In this document: positions 54,659-64,000 of the stretch, one piece after another
How the letters are laid out: the number at the start of each line of letters is the position of its first letter
Numbering within the stretch: the first letter of the stretch is position 1
Source of the DNA: Ophelia neglecta
Lineage: Eukaryota
Reading direction: 5' to 3'
DNA: 64,000 bases
Assembly (NCBI GenBank): GCA_965285935.1
Contig: OZ260663.1
Location: 19,902,001-19,966,000 of the forward strand
Translations under genes and position numbers: made by a program
The notes under the pieces: model-generated
What the model was told of the DNA's origin: nothing
Database searches by the model: none
Seen by the model: only the letters and a program-made list of their open reading frames with translations

Positions 54659-55680
54659 AAATCACCTCATCTGAAGCTTGGCATGAAATCTCCGACGTTA
54701 AAAACCAGACACTTCTAGATTTATCCAAACTCATTCCCAACCTTGTACAGTCAAGTAGAAGATCTTCCACTGTCAGAGCTTATATGGGCGCCTATAACCG
54801 GTTTAAAAGATGGGTGGACTTGTTTCCAGAACTTTGTTCGATGCCAGCCGATCCCAAAACGATTTCTATGTACTTATTGTCACAGTTTCAAAACGGCAAA
54901 TCTGCCTCTGTTATAAAAGCAGACACCGCTGGAATATCATGGGTCCATGTAACTGCCGGAATGCCAGACCCTACAAAAAATTGCCTGTTTAAAGTACTTG
55001 AAGAGGGTGCAAAAAGGGAGAGTGCCAAAACTATTAAAAAGAAAGAACCAATAACCCCAGAAATTTTAATCAAGCTGAAGACTGTTTGTTCTAATCAGGA
55101 CGGGTCAATGAGTTTATTCAACCTACGTACTCTCTCCTTTCGTCTCCTATCCTACTCTGCATTTTTAAGGTTTAACGAAGTTTCAAAATTGAAAAGAAGT
55201 GACATAGAGTTCTTTCAAACATACATGTCTATCTTTATAGAAGACTCAAAAACTGATATATACCGCGAGGGGAAATCCGTTGTTGTGGCCCGTTTGGCGT
55301 CCAAACTTTGTCCAGTAGAAACATTGTCAAAATACCTTGCACTATCTGAAATTGAATCCAATTCTGAAGAATATATATTCAGGAATGTATCCTTTTTCAA
55401 AACAACAGGAAAATATAAATTAAGAAAAGAAAATAAGCCCATGTCTTACACCAACTGTAGGGATCTCGCACTGAAAAAATTGTCTGAAATCGGTCTAGAA
55501 ATTTCTTCTTTCGGCCTACACAGTTTCAGGGCAGGTGGGGCCTCGAGTGCTGCTAATGCAGGTGTTGCAGACAGATTATTTAAGCGCCACGGGCGATGGC
55601 GAAGTGAAACTGCCAAAGACGGGTACGTAGCGGACAATATAGAAACTAGATTATCAGTCACGATGAATTTAGGATTATAA
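54659..55680 (+). CDS. Tyrosine recombinase (ATG ORF 54784-55680; frame open from the splice acceptor at 54659)
   Basis: Catalytic set R (AFLRFNE), K (SKTD), HxxR (HSFR), HGRW, Y (KDGY). The upstream frame encodes SSRRSSTVRAY, resembling the N-terminal part of DIRS-type YRs. Confidence 0.92.
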
Positions 55681-55744
55681 AATGTAACCTTGAATGATGA
55701 GATCAATGTATCCACTAAGTAGAAAATACATTGTCAGATTTGTA

Positions 55745-55793
55745 TATTCCATGTTTATTCCATGTTCATTCCATGTTTAACCCATGTTTATTC
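55745..55793 (+). repeat. 11-bp tandem repeat (ATTCCATGTTT-like, ~4 copies) in the element 3' region
   Basis: attccatgttt attccatgttc attccatgttt aacccatgttt attc. Confidence 0.85.
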
Positions 55794-55974
55794 AGTGTAA
55801 TAAACCGTAACGATGTACAGGAATTAGACTTAAGGCAAAATATTGTTACTTATTCTGAAAACCGGGGAATGTTTGTACAACTATAGTTGAAGCACACGAA
55901 ATGAGATTATTATACGCCACCAGTAAAACACCAGAATGTGAACACTTTGTTTCCTCTTTCTTTACAATATTCTC

Positions 55975-56161
55975 AAGCGACCCCGGCAGCAGGAGCGTTC
56001 GCATTAAAACATCAACCAGTGTTGTGTTTTGTTTATTAAAATCCTTTATCAATAAAGTATTCAATATTGGAATATTACAAACCTAACATAATACCGGATT
56101 AATAATATAGCGTATATATTCTGAAATAGAAACTTTTCCAGGAACGATAACGAATCGATAA
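55975..56161 (+). repeat. Split direct repeat B1 (187 bp)
   Basis: Identical to 56553-56739. Abuts A2, reproducing the predicted circle junction. Confidence 0.95.
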
Positions 56162-56380
56162 ATTTAAGTTAATTTCGTTTGAGCCAAAGGTGATTAAGAA
56201 ATTAACTTAGTTATTCAGTGAAGTGGCAGTGACACCTAAGTGGACTCGGGGGAGCGACTGAACGAGTTGTTCAGTTAAATAGTCACAGACTGGGAGTACC
56301 AGGCCGGCTGGGTTGTGTAGAAAAAAGGTTAGGCATTCTCAAGCTGCCTTTCTAGCCGGTCAGTCGCCACTAAAGCTTTT
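56162..56380 (+). repeat. Split direct repeat A2 (219 bp)
   Basis: Copy of 51334-51552. Confidence 0.95.
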
Positions 56381-56552
56381 TTATTTAGAGTCTGCAACCT
56401 ACTATTCAATCCAAAGTTACCTTGCTACAAAACGGTAAATCAAACAAGGAAGACTTTAATCTAAGAAACCATAACAAATAAAAAGTTATCGGTTTACAAA
56501 GAATGATTATACTTGCAACAAAAGAAACAGTGTAATTTCACCTAATAAATAA

Positions 56553-56739
56553 AAGCGACCCCGGCAGCAGGAGCGTTCGCATTAAAACATCAACCAGTGT
56601 TGTGTTTTGTTTATTAAAATCCTTTATCAATAAAGTATTCAATATTGGAATATTACAAACCTAACATAATACCGGATTAATAATATAGCGTATATATTCT
56701 GAAATAGAAACTTTTCCAGGAACGATAACGAATCGATAA
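56553..56739 (+). repeat. Split direct repeat B2 (187 bp), right terminus of the element
   Basis: Copy of 55975-56161. The host spacer resumes at 56740. Confidence 0.95.
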
Positions 56740-56805
56740 CACACATGTTAATCATAGCGTTTGGAATTTTTGCTTCTTTGTCTTGAAACGGAAGAAAAAT
56801 GTGCC

Positions 56806-56877
56806 TGCGTCGGCCGGGAGTCGAACCCGGATCGATTGCTTGGAAGGCAACCATGCTAGCCGCTACACCACCGACGC
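56806..56877 (-). tRNA. trnG-TCC: tRNA-Gly(TCC), A/B recombinant copy
   Basis: Intact gene with a B-type 3' trailer but an A-type D-loop and 5' flank. Confidence 0.93.
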
Positions 56878-57223
56878 TTGATGATATATTTCGTTAATAA
56901 AGTTAAAGCTTTGGTTTTTGGCCATGTACATGCCCTGAGTAAATTGTTTGTTAGTAATTTTAAAGGATAAGATGTAAATAGAAACTTACCAGATAATATG
57001 ATTACCTGTAACTAGAAATATTCAGTTACTCCTGACCGAAGTCATCACGACTAACGGTCAAGGCTCTACGGTTATTATGTTTTTAAATCTCAGAAGCGAA
57101 CAATAGAGAGTGGACTAATCCTAAATGTGGTCCGACATATTCGCAAGGGAAGAGTTTCACACATGTTAATCATAGCGTTTGGAATTTTTGCTTCTTTGTC
57201 TTGAAACGGAAGAAAAATGCGCC

Positions 57224-57295
57224 TGCGTCGGCCGGGAGTCGAACCCGGATCGATTGCTTGGAAGGCAACCATGCTAGCCACTACACCACCGACGC
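57224..57295 (-). tRNA. trnG-TCC: tRNA-Gly(TCC) type B
   Basis: Intact cloverleaf, D-loop AGTGGCTA, TTTTT terminator. Confidence 0.95.
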
Positions 57296-57718
57296 TTGAT
57301 GGTGAAGAAGGTTTTATCTCACTAGTGATGTAAACGCATTGGTTTTTGGAAGCTAGTCGCGATGATGGACAATTTGTGCTATGACCCGTAATACAAAGTT
57401 AAAGTCACGGCTGGAACTAGTTTAATATACCCTTGTGCGCTACTAACCAGCAAGCCGGCGCGGTGTATACTGCAGTTTACATGCAAACATAAATATAAAG
57501 CCGCTATTATATCAACAGCAACATTGAAACTATTTCTACACTTTTTGGTTGATATGTGATTTTTGCCGCAATATAAATTGCAGGTATGCTTATTCCATGT
57601 TCATACCATGTCATTGGTCTTCTTTCATCAATTGCTAGGCTCTTTTGCTAGATGCTGATTTAGTTTTCCTCGATATGCTCTTTAAGACCATTCCATGCGA
57701 AGTTGATAAAAGAATCCC

Positions 57719-57790
57719 TGTGTCGGCAGGGAGTCGAACCCGGATCGATTGCTTGGAAGGCAACCATGCTAGCCGCTACACCACCGACGC
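57719..57790 (-). tRNA. trnG-TCC: tRNA-Gly(TCC) type A with acceptor (C2:A71) and T-stem mismatches
   Basis: Plus strand reads tgtgtcggcaggg instead of tgcgtcggccggg. Confidence 0.8.
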
Positions 57791-58138
57791 TTGATGATAT
57801 ATTTCGTTAATAAAGTTAAAGCTTTGGTTTTTGGCCATGTACATGCCCTGAGTAAATTGTTTGTTAGAAATTTTAAAGGATAAGATGGAAATAGAAACTT
57901 ACCAGATAATATGATTACCTGTAACTAGGAATATTCAGTTACTCCTGACCGAAGTCATCACGACTAACGGTCAAGGCTCTACGGTTATTATGTTTTGAAA
58001 TCTCAGAAGCAAGCAATAGAAAGAGTGGACTAATCCTAAATATGGTCCGACATATTCGCAAGGGAAGAGTTTCACACATGTTAATCATAGCGTTTGGAAT
58101 TTTTGCTTCTTAATTTTGAAACGGAAGAAAAATGTGCA

Positions 58139-58210
58139 TGCGTCGGCCGGGAGTCGAACCCGGATCGATTGCTTGGAAGGCAACCATGCTAGCCACTACA
58201 CCACCGACGC
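58139..58210 (-). tRNA. trnG-TCC: tRNA-Gly(TCC) type B
   Basis: Intact. Confidence 0.95.
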
Positions 58211-59054
58211 TTGATGGTGAAGAAGGTTTTATCTCACTAGTGATGTTAACGCATTGGTTTTTGGAAGCTAGTCGCGATGATGGACTATTTGTGCTATGAC
58301 CCGTAATACAAAGTTAAAGTCACGGCTGGAACTAGTTTAATATACCCTTGTGCGCTACTAACCAGCAAGCCGGCGCGGTGTATACTGCAGTTTACATGCA
58401 AACATAAATATAAAGCCGCTATTATATCAAAAGCAACATTGAAACTATTTCTACACTTTTTGGTTGATATGTGATTTTTGCCGCAATATAATTTGCAGGT
58501 ATGCTTATTCCATGTTCATACCATGAGCATTGATAAGTTACTTAAGGGGTCTTTGTAGAACGCAGATGGCTAGTCATCGGTTATTTTGATACACACTTGT
58601 TTACTCTGCGCATTCCCCCGAGGGGCCATTTACTGCATTTGCAACAAAACATATAATAATTTGGAAACTCACAAATGAGGACGTCGCCTCAATGCAATGT
58701 AATATTTATTATTGTAGCAATTTTGTTTTCTAATTTTATCAATATCTTTATAACTTATTTTTAGAGTTAGTGAACTTTCGGTATAAATGTGTGGACCTGT
58801 AGCTGACATTTATAGACGAATTCGGAGCCAAATAATTATAACTCCTGCCTAATTACTTCGCATTATGTGCTGAGTATCCACTAGCGTATTTTCTAGGCAG
58901 TGCCTTATGTATTTTGTGCAAGCAATATAACTTTCATTTGGAAATGTCATTGGTCTTCTTTCATCAATTGCTAGGCTCTTTTGCTAGATGCTGGTTTAGT
59001 TTTCCTCGATATGCTCTTTAAGACCATCCCATGCGAAGTTGATAAAAGAATGCC

Positions 59055-59126
59055 TGCGTCGGCCGGGAGTCGAACCCGGATCGATTGCTTGGAAGGCAAC
59101 CATGCTGGCCGCTACACCACCGACGC
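59055..59126 (-). tRNA. trnG-TCC: tRNA-Gly(TCC) type A (D-loop variant GGCCA)
   Basis: Intact stems with a single D-loop substitution, shared with the 60391 copy. Confidence 0.95.
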
Positions 59127-59474
59127 TTGATGATATATTTCGTTAATAAAGTTAAAGCTTTGGTTTTTGGCCATGTACATGCCCTGAGTAAATTGTTTGT
59201 TAGTAATTTTAAAGGATAAGATGTAAATAGAAACTTACCAGATAATATGATTACCTGTAACTAGAAATATTCAGTTACTCCTGACCGAAGTTATCACGAC
59301 TAACGGTCAAGGCTCTACGGTTATTATGTTTCGAAATACCAGAAGCGAGCAATAGAAAGAGTGGACTAATCCTAAATGTGGTCCGACATATTCGCAAGGG
59401 AAGAGTTTCACACATGTTAATCATAGCGTTTTGAATTTTTGCTTCTTTGTCTTGAAACGGAAGAAAAATGTGCC

Positions 59475-59546
59475 TGCGTCGGCCGGGAGTCGAACCCGGA
59501 TCGATTGCTTGGAAGGCAACCATGCTAGCCACTACACCACCGACGC
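59475..59546 (-). tRNA. trnG-TCC: tRNA-Gly(TCC) type B
   Basis: Intact. Confidence 0.95.
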
Positions 59547-60390
59547 TTGATGGTGAAGAAAGTTTTATCTCACTAGTGATGTTAACGCATTGGTTTTTGG
59601 AAGCTAGTCGCGATGATGGACAATTTGTGCTATGACCCGTAATACAAAGTTAAAGTCACGGCTGGAACTAGTTTAATATACCCTTGTGCGCTACTAACCA
59701 GCAAGCCGGCGCGGTGTATACTGCAGTTGACATGCAAACATAAATATAAAGCCGCTATTATATCAACAGCAACATTGAAACTATTTCTACACTTTTTGGT
59801 TGATATGTGATTTTTGCCGCAATATAATTTGCAGGTATGCTTATTCCATGTTCATACCATGAGCATTGATAAGTTACTTAAGGGGTCTTTGTAGAACGCA
59901 GATGGCTAGTCATCGGTTATTTTGATACACACTTGTTTACTCTGCGCATTCCCCCGAGGGGCCATTTACTGCATTTGCAACAAAACATATAATAATTTGG
60001 AAACTCACAAATGAGGACGTCGCCTCAATGCAATGTAATATTTATTATTGTAGCAATTTTGTTTTCTAATTTTATCAATATCTTTATAACTTATTTTTAG
60101 AGTTAGTGAACTTGCGGTATAAATGTGTGGACCTGTAGCTGACATTTATAGACGAATTCGGAGCCAAATAATTATAACTCCTGCCTAATTACTTCGCATT
60201 ATGTGCTGAGTATCCACTAGCGTATTTTCTAGGCAGTGCCTTATGTATTTTGTGCAAGCAATATAACTTTCATTTGGAAATGTCATTGGTCTTCTTTCAT
60301 CAATTGCTAGGCTCTTTTGCTAGATGCTGGTCTAGTTTTCCTCGATATGCTCTTTAAGACCATCCCATGCGAAGTTGATAAAAGAAAGCC

Positions 60391-60462
60391 TGCGTCGGCC
60401 GGGAGTCGAACCCGGATCGATTGCTTGGAAGGCAACCATGCTGGCCGCTACACCACCGACGC
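60391..60462 (-). tRNA. trnG-TCC: tRNA-Gly(TCC) type A (D-loop variant GGCCA)
   Basis: Intact stems. Confidence 0.95.
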
Positions 60463-60810
60463 TTGATGATATATTTCGTTAATAAAGTTAAAGCTTTGGT
60501 TTTTGGCCATGTACATGCCCTGAGTAAATTGTTTGTTAGTAATTTTAAAGGATAAGATGTAAATAGAAACTTACCAGATAATACGATTACCTGTAACTAG
60601 AAATATTCAGTTACTCCTGACCGAAGTCATCACGACTAACGGTCAAGGCTCTACGGTTATTATGTTTCGAAATACCAGAAGCGAGCAATAGAAAGAGTGG
60701 ACTAATCCTAAATGTGGTCCGACATATTCGCAAGGGAAGAGTTTCACACATGTTAATCATAGCGTTTGGAATTTTTGCTTCTTTGTCTTGAAACGGAAGA
60801 AAAATGTGCC

Positions 60811-60882
60811 TGCGTCGGCCGGGAGTCGAACCCGGATCGATTGATTGGAAGGCAACCATGCTAGCCACTACACCACCGACGC
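60811..60882 (-). tRNA. trnG-TCC: tRNA-Gly(TCC) type B with anticodon-stem mismatch (G39>T)
   Basis: Plus strand reads ttgattggaa instead of ttgcttggaa. Confidence 0.85.
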
Positions 60883-61726
60883 TTGATGGTGAAGAAGGTT
60901 TTATCTCACTAGTGATGTTAACGCATTGGTTTTTGGAAGCTAGTCGCGATGATGGACAATTTGTGCTATGACCCGTAATACAAAGTTAAAGTCACGGCTG
61001 GAACTAGTTTAATATACCCTTGTGCGCTACTAACCAGCAAGCCGGCGCGGTGTATACTGCAGTTGACATGCAAACATAAATATAAAGCCGCTATTATATC
61101 AACAGCAACATTGAAACTATTTCTACACTTTTTGGTTGATATGTGATTTTTGCCGCAATATAATTTGCAGGTATGCTTATTCCATGTTCATACCATGAGC
61201 ATTGATAAGTTACTTAAGGGGTCTTTGTAGAACGCAGATGGCTAGTCATCGGTTATTTTGATACACACTTGTTTACTCTGCGCATTCCCCCGAGGGGCCA
61301 TTTACTGCATTTGCAACAAAACATATAATAATTTGGAAACTCACAAATGAGGACGTCGCCTCAATGCAATGTAATATTTATTATTGTAGCAATTTTGTTT
61401 TCTAATTTTATCAATATCTTTATAACTTATTTTTAGAGTTAGTGAACTTGCGGTATAAATGTGTGGACCTGTAGCTGACATTTATAGACGAATTCGGAGC
61501 CAAATAATTATAACTCCTGCCTAATTACTTCGCATTATGTGCTGAGTATCCACTAGCGTATTTTCTAGGCAGTGCCTTATGTATTTTGTGCAAGCAATAT
61601 AACTTTCATTTGGAAATGTCATTGGTCTTCTTTCATCAATTGCTAGGCTCTTTTGCTAGATGCTGGTTTAGTTTTCCTCGATATGCTCTTTAAGACCATC
61701 CCATGCGAAGTTGATAAAAGAATGCC

Positions 61727-61798
61727 TGCGTCGGCCGGGAGTCGAACCCGGATCGATTGCTTGGAAGGCAACCATGCTAGCCGCTACACCACCGACGC
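61727..61798 (-). tRNA. trnG-TCC: tRNA-Gly(TCC) type A
   Basis: Intact. Confidence 0.95.
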
Positions 61799-62146
61799 TT
61801 GATGATATATTTCGTTAATAAAGTTAAAGCTTTGGTTTTTGGCCATGTACATGCCCTGAGTAAATTGTTTGTTAGTAATTTTAAAGGATAAGATGTAAAT
61901 AGAAACTTACCAGATAATACGATTACCTGTAACTTGGAATATTCAGTTACTCCTGACCGAAGTTATCACGACTAACGGTCAAGGCTCTACGGTTATTATG
62001 TTTCGAAATACCAGAAGCGAGCAATAGAAAGAGTGGACTAATCCTAAATGTGGTCCGACATATTCGCAAGGGAAGAGTTTCACACATGTTAATCATAGCG
62101 TTTGGAATTTTTGCTTCTTTGTCTTGAAACGGAAGAAAAATGTGCC

Positions 62147-62218
62147 TGCGTCGGCCGGGAGTCGAACCCGGATCGATTGCTTGGAAGGCAACCATGCTAG
62201 CCACTACACCACCGACGC
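62147..62218 (-). tRNA. trnG-TCC: tRNA-Gly(TCC) type B
   Basis: Intact. Confidence 0.95.
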
Positions 62219-63062
62219 TTGATGGTGAAGAAGGTTTTATCTCACTAGTGATGTTAACGCATTGGTTTTTGGAAGCTAGTCGCGATGATGGACAATTTGT
62301 GCTATGACCCGTAATACAAAGTTAAAGTCACGGCTGGAACTAGTTTAATATACCCTTGTGCGCTACTAACCAGCAAGCCGGCGCGGTGTATACTGCAGTT
62401 GACATGCAAACATAAATATAAAGCCGCTATTATATCAACAGCAACATTGAAACTATTTCTACACTTTTTGGTTGATATGTGATTTTTGCCGCAATATAAT
62501 TTGCAGGTATGCTTATTCCATGTTCATACCATGAGCATTGATAAGTTACTTAAGGGGTCTTTGTAGAACGCAGATGGCTAGTCATCGGTTATTTTGATAC
62601 ACACTTGTTTACTCTGCGCATTCCCCCGAGGGGCCATTTACTGCATTTGCAACAAAACATATAATAATTTGGAAACTCACAAATGAGGACGTCGCCTCAA
62701 TGCAATGTAATATTTATTATTGTAGCAATTTTGTTTTCTAATTTTATCAATATCTTTATAACTTATTTTTAGAGTTAGTGAACTTGCGGTATAAATGTGT
62801 GGACCTGTAGCTGACATTTATAGACGAATTTGGAGCCAAATAATTATAACTCCTGCCTAATTACTTCGCATTATGTGCTGAGTATCCACTAGCGTATTTT
62901 CTAGGCAGTGCCTTATGTATTTTGTGCCAGCAATATAACTTTCATTTGGAAATGTCATTGGTCTTCTTTCATCAATTGCTAGGCTCTTTTGCTAGATGCT
63001 GGTTTAGTTTTCCTCGATATGCTCTTTAAGACCATCCCATGCGAAGTTGATAAAAGAATGCC

Positions 63063-63134
63063 TGCGTCGGCCGGGAGTCGAACCCGGATCGATTGCTTGG
63101 AAGGCAACCATGCTAGCCGCTACACCACCGACGC
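63063..63134 (-). tRNA. trnG-TCC: tRNA-Gly(TCC) type A
   Basis: Intact. Confidence 0.95.
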
Positions 63135-63482
63135 TTGATTATATATTTCGTTAATAAAGTTAAAGCTTTGGTTTTTGGCCATGTACATGCCCTGAGTAAA
63201 TTGTTTGTTAGTAATTTTAAAGGATAAGATGTAAATAGAAACTTACCAGATAATACGATTACCTGTAACTAGAAATATTCAGTTACTCCTGACCGAAGTT
63301 ATCACGACTAACGGTCAAGGCTCTACGGTTATTATGTTTCGAAATACCAGAAGCGAGCAATAGAAAGAGTGGACTAATCCTAAATGTGGTCCGACATATT
63401 CGCAAGGGAAGAGTTTCACACATGTTAATCATAGCGTTTGGAATTTTTGCTTCTTTGTCTTGAAACGGAAGAAAAATGTGCC

Positions 63483-63554
63483 TGCGTCGGCCGGGAGTCG
63501 AACCCGGATCGATTGCTTGGAAGGCAACCATGCTAGCCACTACACCACCGACGC
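63483..63554 (-). tRNA. trnG-TCC: tRNA-Gly(TCC) type B
   Basis: Intact. Confidence 0.95.
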
Positions 63555-64000
63555 TTGATGGTGAAGAAAGTTTTATCTCACTAGTGATGTTAACGCATTG
63601 GTTTTTGGAAGCTAGTCGCGATGATGGACAATTTGTGCTATGACCCGTAATACAAAGTTAAAGTCACGGCTGGAACTAGTTTAATATACCCTTGTGCGCT
63701 ACTAACCAGCAAGCCGGCGCGGTGTATACTGCAGTTGACATGCAAACATAAATATAAAGCCGCTATTATATCAACAGCAACATTGAAACTATTTCTACAC
63801 TTTTTGGTTGATATGTGATTTTTGCCGCAATATAATTTGCAGGTATGCTTATTCCATGTTCATACCATGAGCATTGATAAGTTACTTAAGGGGTCTTTGT
63901 AGAACGCAGATGGCTAGTCATCGGTTATTTTGATACACACTTGTTTACTCTGCGCATTCCCCCGAGGGGCCATTTACTGCATTTGCAACAAAACATATAA

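Larger units (their letters stand above)
51334..56739 (+). mobile_element. Full-length tyrosine-recombinase retrotransposon, DIRS group, PAT-like (split direct repeats + methyltransferase-like domain)
   Basis: Structure A1-gag-pol-YR-B1-A2-spacer-B2. Removing 51334-56739 restores the empty spacer GAAGAGTTT|CACACATG seen in other array units, with no TSD. Confidence 0.95.
48770..64000 (-). repeat. Tandem tRNA-Gly(TCC) array, 1336-bp two-gene unit, continues beyond the window
   Basis: Type-A genes at 59055, 60391, 61727 and 63063 (exact 1336 period). A-to-B spacing is 420 and B-to-A spacing is 916. Units are near-identical. Interrupted by the YR retrotransposon at 51334-56739. Confidence 0.97.

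Noticed and set aside
51334-56739. Classification as Ngaro or DIRS1-type element, or as a prophage integrase
   Set aside because: The methyltransferase-like domain argues against Ngaro. Split direct repeats rather than ITR/ICR argue against DIRS1-type. Gag, RT and an intron exclude a phage.
49856-63540. Repeated 60-87 aa ORFs MASMVAFQAIDPGSTPG...
   Set aside because: They start inside the tRNA-Gly genes and recur only because the array repeats; these are shadow ORFs.
49650-64000. CRISPR-like repeat/spacer interpretation of the array
   Set aside because: The repeats are 72-nt tRNA genes, the spacers are long and themselves repeated, there are no cas genes, and the context is eukaryotic.

Overview
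AT-rich, intron-rich eukaryotic DNA; the tRNA and transposon types suggest an invertebrate animal. The left 47 kb is mostly non-coding. It holds two paralogous 435-bp coding exons on the minus strand (8156-8590 and 29219-29653, about 86% aa identity, MATH/TRAF-like fold). Each starts at ATG, ends at a phase-0 GT donor, and has a conserved 48-bp element about 600 bp upstream. Several MITE/SINE relics are scattered through this region. From about 47 kb to the window end lies the edge of a tandem tRNA-Gly(TCC) array. The unit is 1336 bp and carries two alternating gene types (A, B). There are 15 full-length copies plus 2 degenerate outliers, one of which has a CTA (amber) anticodon. Inserted into the array spacer without target-site duplication is an intact, very young 5406-bp tyrosine-recombinase retrotransposon (51334-56739). 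It is PAT-like DIRS group: split direct repeats A1..B1-A2..B2, gag, RT/RNaseH/methyltransferase-like pol, and YR. It appears to carry a spliceosomal intron in gag, an in-frame Gag-Pol fusion, and a likely alternatively spliced Gag(N)-YR transcript. It also shares short sequence patches with its host array. All coordinates and counts were read by hand; no searches were run.
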